From NCBI GenBank assembly GCA_010356995.1, contig ML996693.1, forward strand, positions 434,001 to 498,000: 64,000 nt of DNA, written 5' to 3'. The position numbers were made by a program, and so were the translations under genes. The notes below the pieces were generated by a model. It worked only from the letters and a program-made list of their open reading frames with translations. It was not told the DNA's origin and did no database searches. This document shows, in pieces, positions 50,201-62,654 of the stretch. The stretch's first letter is position 1. Every line of letters starts with the position of its first letter. Source of the DNA: Trichodelitschia bisporula. Taxonomy: Eukaryota.

Positions 50201-50960
50201 CCCAGACGACGCCGCTGCTCCTTCAAGCCTTCTTACCTAACACGCTTGCATGCTTCGCGGCGGCGCGGCGGCAGGCAGCGAAGAACGGAGAGGCCAGCTA
50301 ACCCGTTCGACCCGGTATAGGGTAGGCAGGAGTCAAGGCGAGCGCGCCTCGCGGGCACCAGGGAGCCTTGCCCTTACCACAGTCGGACCAACCCCTTCGA
50401 CAGGCGATGTAAGACATCTAATACACAAGCAACATGCCCACCCAACTCAGCACCCAAACCCCCCTCAAACAGGCGCAAGAATCCACCATCTCTGCCTTGC
50501 TCAAATCCAAACCCCCCCACCACATGCCGTCTTACCCCCTCCCCGGCGAACCCGCTTACATCCTTCCTGCCGCCTACCGCCTACCGCACAGTAGAGAGAG
50601 ACAGGAATAGCACCGGGCCCTCCCGCCGCGCTCGCAACCGCAACAGTCCTTCCTCAACCCTCGCCCTCCCCCCGACCCCTCCCTCCCATCCCCCGCGGAC
50701 TCACAAGCGGCTCGCGCGTGCGGTCGCACCGCATCTGACCTGCGTCCGGGTTCTGCCCTTCACACCCCGTTCACCCCATATCCTCTCGGCCACAGCCTCG
50801 CAGCCGAACACCCACGGACGGAGGTATGACGTCGACGCGCATCTGACCCCGCGATGGGGGGGGGGGGGGGGCGGGGGGCAGTCATGACGCGCACACGCGC
50901 ACGCGTCAATACAAGTAGGAAGCATAGCCACTCCACGTGCGTGCGGCTCCTCGCCACGCA

Positions 50961-51006
50961 CGCTCTGCCTGAGTATTGGATGCCGCTCTGCCTGAGTATT
51001 GGATGC
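50961..51006. repeat. Perfect 23-bp tandem duplication (CGCTCTGCCTGAGTATTGGATGC x2)
   Basis: Read directly. Confidence 0.9.
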
Positions 51007-51612
51007 AGAAGCGAAACGAGCGGGAAGGCATGCATTCTGCATGCGCGCGCGGGAGGCCCGCCGATGAACGTTGCTTTTTGCCTACGCAGCCAATCCGTGC
51101 GGAGATCGGAGCATGGACCGAGTGGATACGGCTGGCACGGGCTGGCTCGATCGCGTTTCGCCATCGGCCGCGCATAGGCTTGCGTTCTCACGCACGTCAC
51201 TTCGTTCCAGAAGGCGCTGACATGAGTGGACCGGAGTGCTGACTGCCGGATTAGTTAACAATGTAAGCCCGACGGATGGTGACTGGTGGGAAAGCGCCAG
51301 AATCGGGCGGGTTTACTGTGTCGATGGCTTCTATCTGACGTATCTAAAAATGGTCGATGTGGTGTGCAGCCCTACCCGCGAAGTACGTACTGCCGTAACG
51401 CATGGCTGGCCGTTTTGGGTCCGATGTGCTTACGCCATCGGCACAACCGTCGCTTATTCTACTACAAATTCCAGGTTTTGACGCGCAGTCACACCGTTTA
51501 GGGTGACTGCCCGTTCCGAATAACCTCGTCAATCCAAATCCACGCGCCCATATGATCGCCGGAAGCGTGCACTCCCGAGCTTTTCACACCTCATCCATCA
51601 GCGCCGCAACGC

Positions 51613-52686
51613 TTAGGACAACCCAAATGAGCCGATGATGCGCAAGCCAGCGTGCCCCTCGCCAAACGCGTACGCGAGGCTGTAGTCCTTCGGGCTCCAC
51701 TGAACAACCGGCGCAGGCAGCGCGAAGTCGACACGATGGACGTAGTCTCCCGATTCGGCGTGCACGATTTCGATGCCGGAGCCCTCGTCGCTGCCACCCA
51801 CGATGTACGCTCCGTCGCAGCTGAAGCTGATGCTCCGCACCGGGCCCGTCATGTGGTCCAGCGTGCGCTGGCAGACCCAGTTCGTCGTGTCCCAGAGTGT
51901 AATGAGGGCGTCTGATCCCCCGACTGCGAGGTGGGTTGCGGGCGCGTTCATCTCGATGGCGTAGCATGAGGAGGTGTGTGCATTGATGGTGTAGAGATGG
52001 TTCATACTCGGGTAGTCAAGGACTTTGACTGAGCCGTCACCCGTCGTGAGGAACAGCTCCTTGCCGCTCCAGGAGAAGGCAGTCTGGTTGGTCTGCACAG
52101 GTTGCCGGTACGAATCCACCTGCGCAAGCTTCCCACGGTCAATCCGAATCAGAGTATCGTCCTGCAAACAATCAGCATCATCCCCCATCCCCAATCGCTA
52201 CAAAGCACCAACCTTACGGCCCACAACAACCTCCTCCCCATCCGGCTTCCAAGCCAACGTAAAGCACTCCCCCCCAACCTTAACCTCCCCAATCGAGCCC
52301 TTACTCCTCACATCCCAAAACCGCACCATCCCATCCGGCGAACAACTCGCCAACTCCGCCTCCCTCGCCGGATTCCACGCAACCCGCTCAATCCCCTGCC
52401 CATGCGCGCGCACCATCTCCGTCGAATGCCTAATATTCGGTTTCTCAGGATTCCACACCCGTAGCGTCGTCCCCGACCCCGTAGCCAACAAATTACCCAA
52501 CGGACTCCACGCCAGCGTCCTCACACTCAGTGTCGCAGGCCCACTATTCGCAGTGACCGCCGCACTCGGCCCCGCGCGCGTCGCCCCCAATGTGTCCGGG
52601 TAAACAGTCGTGCGCTGGCGGGCGAAGTGGGAGGAGAAGAGGGCCTTGGGCGGCGCGCGGAAGCGCGTCGAGGTCGTGGCCGTCAT
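51613..52686 (-). CDS. TEX1: THO/TREX complex subunit 3 (WD40), 2 exons
   Basis: WD40 repeats (VRTLAWSPLG..LRVWN, DGMVRFWD, AHTSSC..GGSDALITLWD). Intron 52162-52212. The start codon is uncertain because in-frame upstream ATGs exist. Confidence 0.82.
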
Positions 52687-53175
52687 GGCGGAGGGCGAGT
52701 CGGGCGTTTCCTGCGCATTGGTTGCGAACGGAGGGGAGAGGGTCATGTCCAGCTTGAAGGGGGACAAGAAGCACGGCTTCGGGCCGGGGGTTGATGCGGG
52801 GTTGGCACGGGCGGCGGGCCTGAACTCGTCGAACATGATCGCGTCGATCATGCGGGGAGTTCTCGGCGATGGAGTATGCTGGGGGCGCTCGGGAGAGTTT
52901 TGCTTCATTTTTACTGCAAGATTGAATTGGTCAATGTCAAGTGGTGAAGATTGAGAAACTGTTGTTTGAGAAAGCCCACGAAGTTTGGGTCCTTTTCGCA
53001 GACAAAATTTGGACCATCCGGCTGCCAAGAAGTATCTGGCGGGCCACTGCACTGTACGTCCGCTCTGGTGTCAACAAGTTGCTAAGACAGGAAGTGCACC
53101 TCATATCTCATGTCTTTGAATCCCAAACTGTGAATTGCATATCTAGCTTCGACAATTGAACATGACACCGACCGA

Positions 53176-54694
53176 TCAGCTCTTCGCCGCACCCGCCTTG
53201 ATGAGCATGATATCACCATCTTCGACGATGTATTCCTTGCCCTTCGTCATGATCTTGCCCTTGGCCTTGACCCCCGCTTCATCACCCTCCTCCTGCAGCG
53301 ACTTATAGTTGTACACAATGGCCTGGATAAAGGTCTTCTCAAAATCTACGCAGCGTTAGCAGCCGGAGCAGGGAGAGCACGAGAACGTTACCTGTGTGGA
53401 TCACACCAGCCGCCTGGGGTGCCTTAGTGTTAACACGGATGGTCCACTGCCGCACCTCGTCCGTGCCCGTCGTAAAGAAGCTGATGAGACCCAGTACCTT
53501 GCGCATGGTCAGGATGACCTTGGGCAGCGCCGACTTCGTATTCAGCTTCTTGCACTCCTCGGCAGCCTCGGCTTCGGACTCGAAGCGGGTGAGGCGCTCT
53601 TCGAAGCAGACAGAGATGGGGATGATGGGGTCGCCCTCCGCATGTTCCTTGACCCACGCAGCAATCTTCGGCAGGTGCTTGTTCTTTTGCCGGAGGTAGT
53701 CCTTTTCGCTGAGATTGACGAGGAAGACGACGGGCTTCGCGGTAAGAAGGAAGAGCGGATTGATGATTTCGACCTGCAGACTGTCAGCCGCCGCGATATA
53801 ACAGACTGATAACAATGCGTTAAGTATCAAATCAGAGTTGGACTTCTTCTCATTATTGCCTCTTGTGAGATTGGCGAGACATTCGAAGAGCTGGGATTAT
53901 AGAGCAATCGCTCTTGTTCATCATAAAAGGGGTGGAATAGTAGCGCAATGTATCTTACCTCCTTCGGCGACCAGTCGCCCTTGCGAACGTCCTTGCCGTC
54001 CTTCAGCCACTGAAGAATCTTTTCCACAGTTGCCTGTTCCTCCTTGAGTTTCTTCATCTCCAAGCTCTGGCCGCCACGCTTCGTCAGCTTCGAGACGGCA
54101 TCAAGCGCCTTCTCGACAAACTCAATGTCCTTGATGCGCAGCTCCTCGCTGATGATGTCCAAGTCGCGGACGGGATCGACATCGCCCTCGACGTGGATGA
54201 TCTCAGCATCGTCGAAGCAGCGCACCACCTGGAAGATGGCATCGACGGCGCGGATGTGCGACAAGAAAGCATTGCCCAGGCCCGCTCCGGTCGAAGCGCC
54301 ACGGGTGAGACCGGCAATGTCGTAGACCGTCAAGTTAGCCGGAACCTCCGACTTGGGCTTGTAGTGCTGGCACAGCCAGTCGAACCGCTCATCCGGCACG
54401 ATGACGCGTGCCTCCTCGGGGTCGATAGTGGCATAGGGGAAGTTCTAGGGTCATCAGCGGTGCTCAAGTCCATCTCAATAGCGGACGTACGGCAGGGTTG
54501 CCTAGAGTAGATTTCGTAATGGCCTGGAAGAGCGTCGATTTACCGACGTTGGCGAGACCAACCTGATGGCGGAATCAGTTTAGTGCGGGAGCAACCAAGG
54601 CGCAAGGCTGCCTACATACGATGCCGCTCTTCAGGTTATTCCCCGGCCGACCCAGAAGGATCTTTTCCTCCTTGACTTGCTTCTTGGGAGGCAT
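53176..54694 (-). CDS. OLA1: Obg-like ATPase OLA1/YchF, 5 exons
   Basis: [57 protein letters not shown], and a C-terminal TGS domain. Confidence 0.95.
53830..53927 (-). ncRNA. Intronic box C/D snoRNA, snR69-like (guide for LSU rRNA Cm2948-equivalent)
   Basis: Box C ATGATGA (53924-53918), box D CTGA (53835-53832), D' TCGA (53886-53883) preceded by CCCAGCTC, which is complementary to LSU GAGCUGGG. It lies inside an enlarged OLA1 intron. Confidence 0.85.
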
Positions 54695-55402
54695 TCTCTT
54701 TTTCTTTGCGTACGCGCGGCTGAAGCTGAGTGGGGTGCAGGAAGAGGGGAAGACGCGGGTGCGGGGAAGCACAAAAAGTGCTTCAACGAGCAAAGCAGGA
54801 CCTGCTGCAAGCGATTTCAGACGTGATGCCGAAGAGGAGAATAGGAGGCAGAAGATGGGAGAGGGAATTTTGAAGGAAGTGACGTAAGGGAGAGCGCAAA
54901 GAACAGCGTCTACCCCTCTCTCTCTTGTTCTTGTTGGAATATGAAGAAATAGACTTTCTGACAAGAACTCTCTTCCACCACCCCACCCACCCAAACCCTG
55001 CACAGTGCAAATGCTCAACTTTGCATCAAACGGTCCGACTGTTGTTCCATGATACCAAGCGATCGGAGGCAATGACTCGCCAAGCGCCTTTGACGCTCCG
55101 TCACTTGTCAGTTTCCATTTTAGCCGCTGCTGGGCGTCTCGGCGTCTGGCGTCAATAGTGTGTGGAGTGCGAAGTGTGATGAACTTGTACGGTGCGGCAG
55201 AGCGAGCTTGACACGCCTGGCGTCGAGGTCTCGTGTCTCATCCATATCTTCTCCAACATTCAACTGCTTCTTCTCTTTCTTCATTGCTGTTCATCCATCC
55301 TCATCTATGCCTCGTAATACCCATTGATCCTCACTAAACCTTCCCCCATCTTTCCCCGCCAACCTCTACGGCTGGCCCGCTAATTGAGCCTCAACCACCA
55401 AC

Positions 55403-56369
55403 ATGCGCCCCTCCTCGTCCTCTTCACGCCCGACGCCTTCACGTCCTTCGTCCTCTACGCGCTCCAACCGCCCCAAGAATCTCTCGAGAACCTCATCGCA
55501 TCGGTCTACGATTTCCGCGCAAAAGATAGACATTCGCATCAATGTCTACGATCTGCTTCCGGTACGTCGGAGTTGTGGGCGCCGTTTGTCACGAAGTGCG
55601 CTAATCGCATCATCGTGTATCAATTAGCCCGGCAAGCTCTCCAGCGTCCTCTGGGCCATTGGCGGATCGCTTCTACACTCGGGTGTCGTGATCAGAGACA
55701 AGGAGTATGCGTATGGCGGCCACGACAGGCGGGGCGTAACGGGCGTGTACCACACGAGGTAATTGTTTTGCGCTGAGCTACATGTACACCGACCCTAACT
55801 CAATGAGACCTCGCCTAGAGCCTCCTGGCGGCACGTTTCGTATAGAGATCCTTCACGGATTCGTCTTCCACACCGACGAGGAAATTGAAGATATCATAAA
55901 AGAAGCTTCGCGTCGCTTCCAAGGCACCTCGTACAACCTTCTGACGAACAACTGCAACCATTTCACATCGTACCTCTGCGAGCAGCTCACATCGCGACCT
56001 GCGCCGAAGTGGATTAACCGCGCCGCCAGCATCGGAGTCGCGCTGCCATGCGTGGTGCCACGTGACTGGATAGCACCGCCCGATGTCGACACGGCTGACG
56101 GGGAGCTTGTTGAAGAAGACGATGACAGCTATGACGAGAGGACCCGAATGCTTCGCAAGAAGCAAATGCGCAAGCTGCGGGTGTCACAGGAAGAGCAAAG
56201 CCAATGGAATAGCGAAATGGACCGTATTGGCGAAGGACATATCATGAAATACGGAACGGCAACTTACGAGGCGCCCCGAATTGTCTCCCTTCGCGACAGC
56301 AGCGGTCGCGGACTCCCCAACAGTGAGCGAGCTCCATTACCCAAACGGCACAGCTCGTATACCATGTAA
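55403..56369 (+). CDS. PPPDE/DeSI (DUF862) deubiquitinase/deSUMOylase, 3 exons
   Basis: INVYDL, LHSGV..EYAYG (His), YNLLTNNCNHF (Cys), WINRAA. Confidence 0.9.
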
Positions 56370-56639
56370 CATTGGCTGGCTGGACCACTGCGTGTAATGA
56401 TTGATAGGCGTTCATGAGCGTTTCTGGCGAGTTGGATGCTTTACGTCTTCAGGTTCGCGGGGTCGGTATGGGGATCTAAGCCTCTTGTAATCTACATGCA
56501 TAGCTGGGGTTATTGCCCCATTGATTCGTTGAGAGCAATTGAGCGTGACAAGCTTTATTGCGCTTGTGATATCCCCGTTTCCCTCACTCCAGTACTCAGC
56601 CCAATGCGCCCGTCCAGCAACCGAAGATGCGCCCCACGA

Positions 56640-57359
56640 TTACAGTCGTCTCGGATTCTGCGCACGCGTCCCGCCAATCTTCAACCTCGTGGAATCCGAC
56701 ACCCTGATCACACGGTTCCGCAGGTTCCGCCCCTCATTCCCCAGCAGCGCCTTTTGAATCGCCTCCCTTCCCTGGCCGAACCCGCGAAATATCACCTCCA
56801 GCTTCTCAATCCGCGGCTCCCGCGTGCCCGTCCCCGTTCCCAGCAGTCCCCGATCCTGAATCGACTTCATAAAGTATGCTGCCAGCTGGAACCCAGCGTC
56901 GTACTTGCCGCGCTGGCCTTTGCGGAAGCCGAGGTTGCCGGACGACATGGACATGATGCTCTCGTTGTTGGGTCGCGTAAGGGTGATATGGGTGTTATGT
57001 CTGGTGGAGTAGACGTGAAGGTGATGCGGCTCGTCGAAGGTGGACGTCTTGAAGGAACTCGGGGTGCTGGGTTTCCCCATCAGTTCGCTGAGCGCGTCGG
57101 ACACTGAGGGACCGGTGGAGGTGCCGCTGTGAGGCGTAAACCTGTCCAGGCTGTCGGCCAGATTCCGCAGCGAGCCTCTTTTGGTGCTGACATCGCGCGC
57201 TGCTGCCGGGGGTTCGAAGGGAGTAGTAGCACCGTCATCGGCAGCGGTGCGAGGCGTAGAGGAGAATGCGCGCCGCCATATCGTGTTCTGAGGGGTTCGG
57301 GAGCGGCACGCCGTGCAGGTCGAACTCTCGAGTAACCTGCCGAAGCTTGCCCGAGCCAT
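56640..57359 (-). CDS. Mitochondrial ribosomal protein uS11m
   Basis: Arg/Ser-rich presequence, HVYSTRHNTHITL, GNLGFRK, RGFGQGREA, DSTRLKIGGTRAQNPRRL. Confidence 0.92.
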   Translation of the reverse strand: MARASFGRLLESSTCTACRSRTPQNTIWRRAFSSTPRTAADDGATTPFEPPAAARDVSTKRGSLRNLADSLDRFTPHSGTSTGPSVSDALSELMGKPSTPSSFKTSTFDEPHHLHVYSTRHNTHITLTRPNNESIMSMSSGNLGFRKGQRGKYDAGFQLAAYFMKSIQDRGLLGTGTGTREPRIEKLEVIFRGFGQGREAIQKALLGNEGRNLRNRVIRVSDSTRLKIGGTRAQNPRRL

Positions 57360-57597
57360 TGCGGTTGGTGTGGTTGGTCGAGAGGGACGATGGACGTTCC
57401 ACCTGGAGCACGGGATGTGAAGTTTCTCGGCCGGCCGGGGCTCGGATTTTCGCCGCAACAACTTTTCTGCCCAACAAGCAGTCCCGAAAACTCGCACTCC
57501 CGTAACAACCCACTCTCCCCACCACATTCCACCCCTCACTTTTCTAGACATTCTCCACATTCGCGCTTGCACATTTATAGTGTTCGAGAACAATAGC

Positions 57598-59317
57598 ATG
57601 AGAAGCCTTACACATGGTGCTGGGCTCGTGCGGGCGCGGACGCCCACGGCTCGCCAATTCCCCTCACAGTCGCAGTTTGGCTATGGCCGGACCGCTGCGT
57701 ACAGAAGGTTAATAGCGGATGTCGCGGGTCTGCAGAGCCTACGCGCAAAGTCTCATATCAGCCTTGTTGATTCAGTTTCCCCGACTCAGCTTCTCCTCCG
57801 ATCGCTGGTGCGCCCGCAACATTTCATCACAACGACCTCCGCCTCAAACACCCGCACTTTCCACTCCGATCCTCGGTTATTCCAAGAAGCGAAAGAGAAG
57901 AAGAACAAGGCGGAAGCGGTCTCAAAGGAATCTTTAAAGGACGAGGCAACTCAGACTGAAGATGCCGAGGGATCTGTCAAAGCCAAAAAGTCCGAAGGCG
58001 AAGAGTCCACCGAGTCCAAATCCGACGAGGCCGAGGGCGAGAAGAAGGATGGTGACAAGGGGGGAGAGAAGGACAAGAAGGACGATGCCACCCCGCCTCC
58101 GCCGCACGGCGACAAGACCCCGTGGCAGGTGTTCACCGAGACGCTGAAGACCGAGTTCAAGGCCTCTAAGGAGTGGAACGAGTCCACCAAGGCGCTTGCC
58201 TCCGGATACAGCGAACTTGCGCAGAGCGAAGCCATCCGCAAGGCCCGCGAGGCCTATGTACAGGCCTCTGGCGCGGCGGCGTCTACTACAGGCGCTGCGC
58301 TGAAGAAGACCGGGCACGTGGTTGGCAAGAGTGCGACCTACGTCTGGGAGACGCCCGTGGCGAAGGTTGTGCGCAAGGGGGCCACGGTTGCCGGACACGG
58401 GATTGAGAAGGCTACGCGGCCCATCCGCGAGACTGAAGCGTTTAAGAGCGTCACGGAGGTCATTGACGATGGCAGCTCGTCCCGGTACGGCGGGTGGGTG
58501 GAGAAGGAGGAGCGTCGGCGCAGGCGAGAGCTACGGGAGGCGCAGATGGCGAAGAACGGAGGGATTCCGACTGGTCCCATGGAGGAGGATCCTAAGTGAG
58601 TGGCACGATGCGCTATTTCTTAACTCGATCTAATGATTCAGCGCCGGGACCAACGTCACAGTGCACAAAGATGCCGCGTGGAAGGAGCAGTGGAGGGATT
58701 TCCGCGACACGTCTAAGCTGATGCAGTCGCTCTTTTCCCTCAAGTCTACCTACAAAGAGTCGGAGAACCCTCTCGTCAGCACAATGCGCAGCATATCCGA
58801 CGGCGTCGCGGGCTTCTTTGCCGAAAACGAAACGGCCATGGTAATCAAGAAGTTCCGCGAGATGGACCCTAACTTCCAACTCGAGCCCTTCCTGACGGAA
58901 ATGCGCGAATACATCCTTCCTGAGGTGCTTGACGCGTACGTCAAGGGCGACGTCGAGACCCTCAAGCTGTGGCTCTCAGCGCCCCAGTATCAGGTCTACG
59001 CCGCCCTGATGGCGCAGTATACGACGGCCGGTCTCAAGTCTGACGGTACCATCCTGGACATCCGCAACGTCGATATCCTATCGGCTAAGATCCTGGATCC
59101 GGGTGACATTCCCGTATTCATCGTGACGTGCCGCACGAACGAGGTGCATGTGTACCGCAGCATTAAGACGGGCGATCTGGCTGCCGGCGTGGACGACAAG
59201 GTGCAACAGGTTACATATGCCATTGGCATCACTCGCATCCCCGAGGAGGTCAGCAATCCCGAGACGCGCGGATGGCGCTTGATCGAGCTGCAGAAGAGCG
59301 CGAGGGACTACATCTAA
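57598..59317 (+). CDS. TIM44: Mitochondrial import inner membrane translocase subunit TIM44
   Basis: TPWQVF..EFKASKEW, SSRYGG, ESENPL, DPNF..EYILPEVLDAYVKGD. Intron 58596-58641. The start and a possible 5' in-frame intron are uncertain. Confidence 0.93.
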
Positions 59318-60148
59318 GCTTTGATTTCGTCACTTCTTGCTCTACAACAGCGTCTTTGGGCATATTTCTGATGCATCTCCCATTTTTACGCTGGCCTTCT
59401 TGAATCCCAGAGCATCCCCTTTTCGGGGCATCATTTTTGCATCACAGCGGCGCTTGCAGCACGTTACCCACCTCGGTCGCTCTTTCCAGCTTTGCTTCGC
59501 TTCCCCGGCCGAGCGCCTGTTTAGAATTATACCGGAGCATGCATTCTGCTCCGGAGGTTGTCATTTGCGACGGTGTGGACGCGTTTAACGATGTTCATGC
59601 CGATAAAATCTTCTCTCCTGTACGATCAATGGCGTGGTGGGCATGTGGCGGGCGGAAACTATGGATACTGTAGTGTAGGGTTTAAACATGTACAGATTAC
59701 TGTACCTCGTTGATGCATGATACTCTCAAAAGCTCGCTCGGCTGTGTAAGATGGGTAAGGTGGCTTCCTCTCCAATGTATCACATACGTCATCCCTCCAG
59801 CCTTGAGATGTTCGGGAAGGAGCGGATGGCGATGTGATATAAACCGTCAATCTTTTACCCTCTGCACCTAACTTCAAGAGCATGCTGTATCATCATCCAT
59901 TATGTACCGACCCATGTATTCATCAAAGGGCACTGTCCGATTTCAAGTCCGTAGACTCGCCTACGCATCACCAACGTAGAAACACCACGGCATCTTTCCA
60001 GAAAGCGAAACGTAGCTATGTGCTTATGGATTAAACAGTAAGTACCCAATAAACCCGAATTTTACCCTCTCTCCAAACGCCTCCCCATGAGTATACGGCG
60101 CCCCAGCCCAAGACGAATGCTAGATGCAATGATAGCTCAATTGCGCCT

Positions 60149-61314
60149 TCAAACAGCCTCCACCTTCCGCCCCTCATCCTCCATACTTCCCACAATCCCA
60201 CTCCCAAGAACATCACCCCCAGTCCTATTCCCATGTTCTCCCACTCCCTCCTCATCTCCCGCACTCCCCCACCCCTCCGGCCCAACATACCCCCCAACCC
60301 CAACCCCAATCCCAAACGCCCTTGCCCTACTCCTCGCACCCCAGGCCCACCCCGCGCCGCGCCTGATCGGGAGATGATACCAGCGGAACGCAAACCACGC
60401 CGACGCACACCCGATGATCGTCCCGGCGAGCAGGTCTACCCCCGCGTGGTAGAACTCAAAGTACCGCGTGAAGGTAATATACGCCGCGACGCAGAGCGGC
60501 GTAAACGCAAGCGCGAGAAGCGAAGTCGGCGGCGCAGCGGCGCGGTTCCACAGGGGAAGGGCGGGTGATCCGTCGGCCTGTGTTGGGGTGCGCGCGTCGG
60601 ACGCAAGGAAGGGGATTGCGATGGAGAACTTGGAGCAGAGGAAGAGGGTGAGGTAGAGCAGGCCCGCCCAGGACGTCGACGCGTGCCCGCTCGGGAAGCT
60701 CTTGAACCCGTCATCCAACACGCCTTTGTCCGGTTGCCTGCATATGTCTGAGTTGACGAGCGTCCATTCTGGGTTAAACCCCGTGGCGTACCCGCCGATG
60801 CGGTGCGCGGCGATGGAGCCCACGTCGGGCTGGCAGCGAGCGAGCAGGCTGGGCCGTGGCTTGCCGGCTAGGTTCTTCATCCCCTGGGTGAAGAAGTATG
60901 CGCATGCGGAGGCGAGCGCCAGACCCATCCACCCCGTGTTCCATTCCCAGAACTTGCGGCGCCAGAGGAGGGACCTGGGTGTCGTGCGCGAGCTGACGGT
61001 GGGTCCCGGGACGAGGATCATGCTTACGAGGAAGACTATGATGGCGGGCGCGATGATGGAGGCAAGCATGAGGAGCCAGGTTGGGATCTTTTCGTGCGGG
61101 ATGTAGGGGAAGGAGATGCTGAGGTCGGTGAGGGAGAAGGGGCGGTGGTAGGGGCTGGAGATGCTGAAGAGGCGGCCGACGACCGCGATGAGGCTGGTGG
61201 GGTCAGTGGGTGGGGAAGGGTAGTGATGTGGGGTGCTTACATTATGCATATCCAGTCGAAGATGTACGAGGCGATGAGCCTCTTGGAGGGGATGTGGATT
61301 CCCATGACGCGCAT
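60149..61314 (-). CDS. PAP2-family lipid/diacylglycerol pyrophosphate phosphatase, 2 exons
   Basis: KNLAGKPRP, SFPSGH and TRYFEFYH..D motifs with multiple TMs. First exon MRVMG..SYIFDWICII, intron ~61194-61240. Confidence 0.9.
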
Positions 61315-62030
61315 GACGGCGAGCTCCTCTCGAGGATGTGCGGAGAAAAGGAGAAGATGTGAGGGAGGTTTGCCTCAGATTTAAAGAATCGCTAACGGAT
61401 GCGGCTCTGAAACTTGGAGAAACCAGGCCAGTGATGCCAGAATGACGATGGTTAGATTAGACGGTTTCGATGCGACCAGCTAACAGACCATTCCCCAGAT
61501 CTGTGCCACCGAAACAAAGGAAGCGCTAAAGCAAACAAGTGGAATGGAACAGTTGGTATTTGTTGTCTCCCGCAGAACCGCCAGAACACGAAAACGCAGC
61601 GGCAAAGGACGCGCAACGTTGTCGTCGGATTAGGCTTTAAGCTGCAGATAGTAAGACCGAAGGAAAACCCGACGCGGCTGCTTCGCATTACGGTATTGAG
61701 CTGAGCCACAAGGCTGACCTGCCAAATTGCCACCCTCGTGTTCCCAACGCCTCCAACACGCGACCAATCTCCTCCTTCGTGTGCGTCGCATTGCGCCACG
61801 CAAAGAACCCCCAAGTCCGATCCAATCCACTCAGCACCGCGCCATTAAACAGCCCCCATTACCTAATCCCGACACGCTAGCCCGACGTGGAAGCCGATCA
61901 AATCGATCCCCGCAAGACGGGAAGAGATCCTGCAGCCACAACACTCATCCCGCCTCTCCTCCAACGTCTACTCTTATCCCACACGCTCGCCCTGCTTACG
62001 ACTTGCCGACCACGCAAGCGAAGTTCCACG

Positions 62031-62654
62031 ATGCCGCGCGGCAAAATCGATGTCCTGCTCAACCTCGTCCCCGATGCCCCGTCCTCTGTTCTCGAACACC
62101 TCGCTTCGGACCCCGCGCTCGCCACCGCGCAAGACGCGCATGGATACTCCCTCCTCCACGCGGCGGCGTCGTACGGACATGAAGACCTGGTCCGCACACT
62201 CGTGAACACGTATGCCGTCCCTGTAGACATCGTCGACGAGGACCGCGAGACCCCCCTCTTTGCCGTGGAGACGGTGGACATGGCACGGGCGCTGCTTGCG
62301 CTAGGCGCTGATACCGAATGGCGGAATGCGGAGGGCTTGACGGCGGAGGAGAAGATTGAGGGGGAGGGGGAGTGGCCGCTTGTTGCTGCGTTTTTGAGGA
62401 GTCGGAGGGAGGAGAGGGATGGGGAGGCGCCGGAGGGGGTGAAGGTTGATGTTAGGACGGTGGAGGAGCAGAGTATGGGGGAGGGAGAGGTGGATCCGGA
62501 GTTTCGGAGGAGGATTGAGGAGCTTGCTGCGAGAGAGGACTTTCAGAGTGAGGATGGGCAGAGGCAGTTGAGGGAGTTGATTACGGATGCGGTTATGGGA
62601 CTGAGGAGTGAGGGGGCTGATGCCGATCGCGAGGTTAGGAGACGGGTTGAGTAG
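62031..62654 (+). CDS. Small ankyrin-repeat protein (YCR051W-like)
   Basis: QDAHGYSLLHAAASYGH, DEDRETPLF, C-terminal DPEFRRRIEELA. Confidence 0.85.
   Translation: MPRGKIDVLLNLVPDAPSSVLEHLASDPALATAQDAHGYSLLHAAASYGHEDLVRTLVNTYAVPVDIVDEDRETPLFAVETVDMARALLALGADTEWRNAEGLTAEEKIEGEGEWPLVAAFLRSRREERDGEAPEGVKVDVRTVEEQSMGEGEVDPEFRRRIEELAAREDFQSEDGQRQLRELITDAVMGLRSEGADADREVRRRVE

Noticed and set aside
49477..50240. 190-220 codon ORFs in the SFT2-TEX1 gap
   Set aside because: Low-complexity translations with no motifs. The most protein-like minus-strand frame contains a stop and matches nothing I recognise.
50961..51006. 23-bp direct repeat as a CRISPR unit or transposon target-site duplication
   Set aside because: Two adjacent copies with no spacer or intervening element, in a eukaryotic context.
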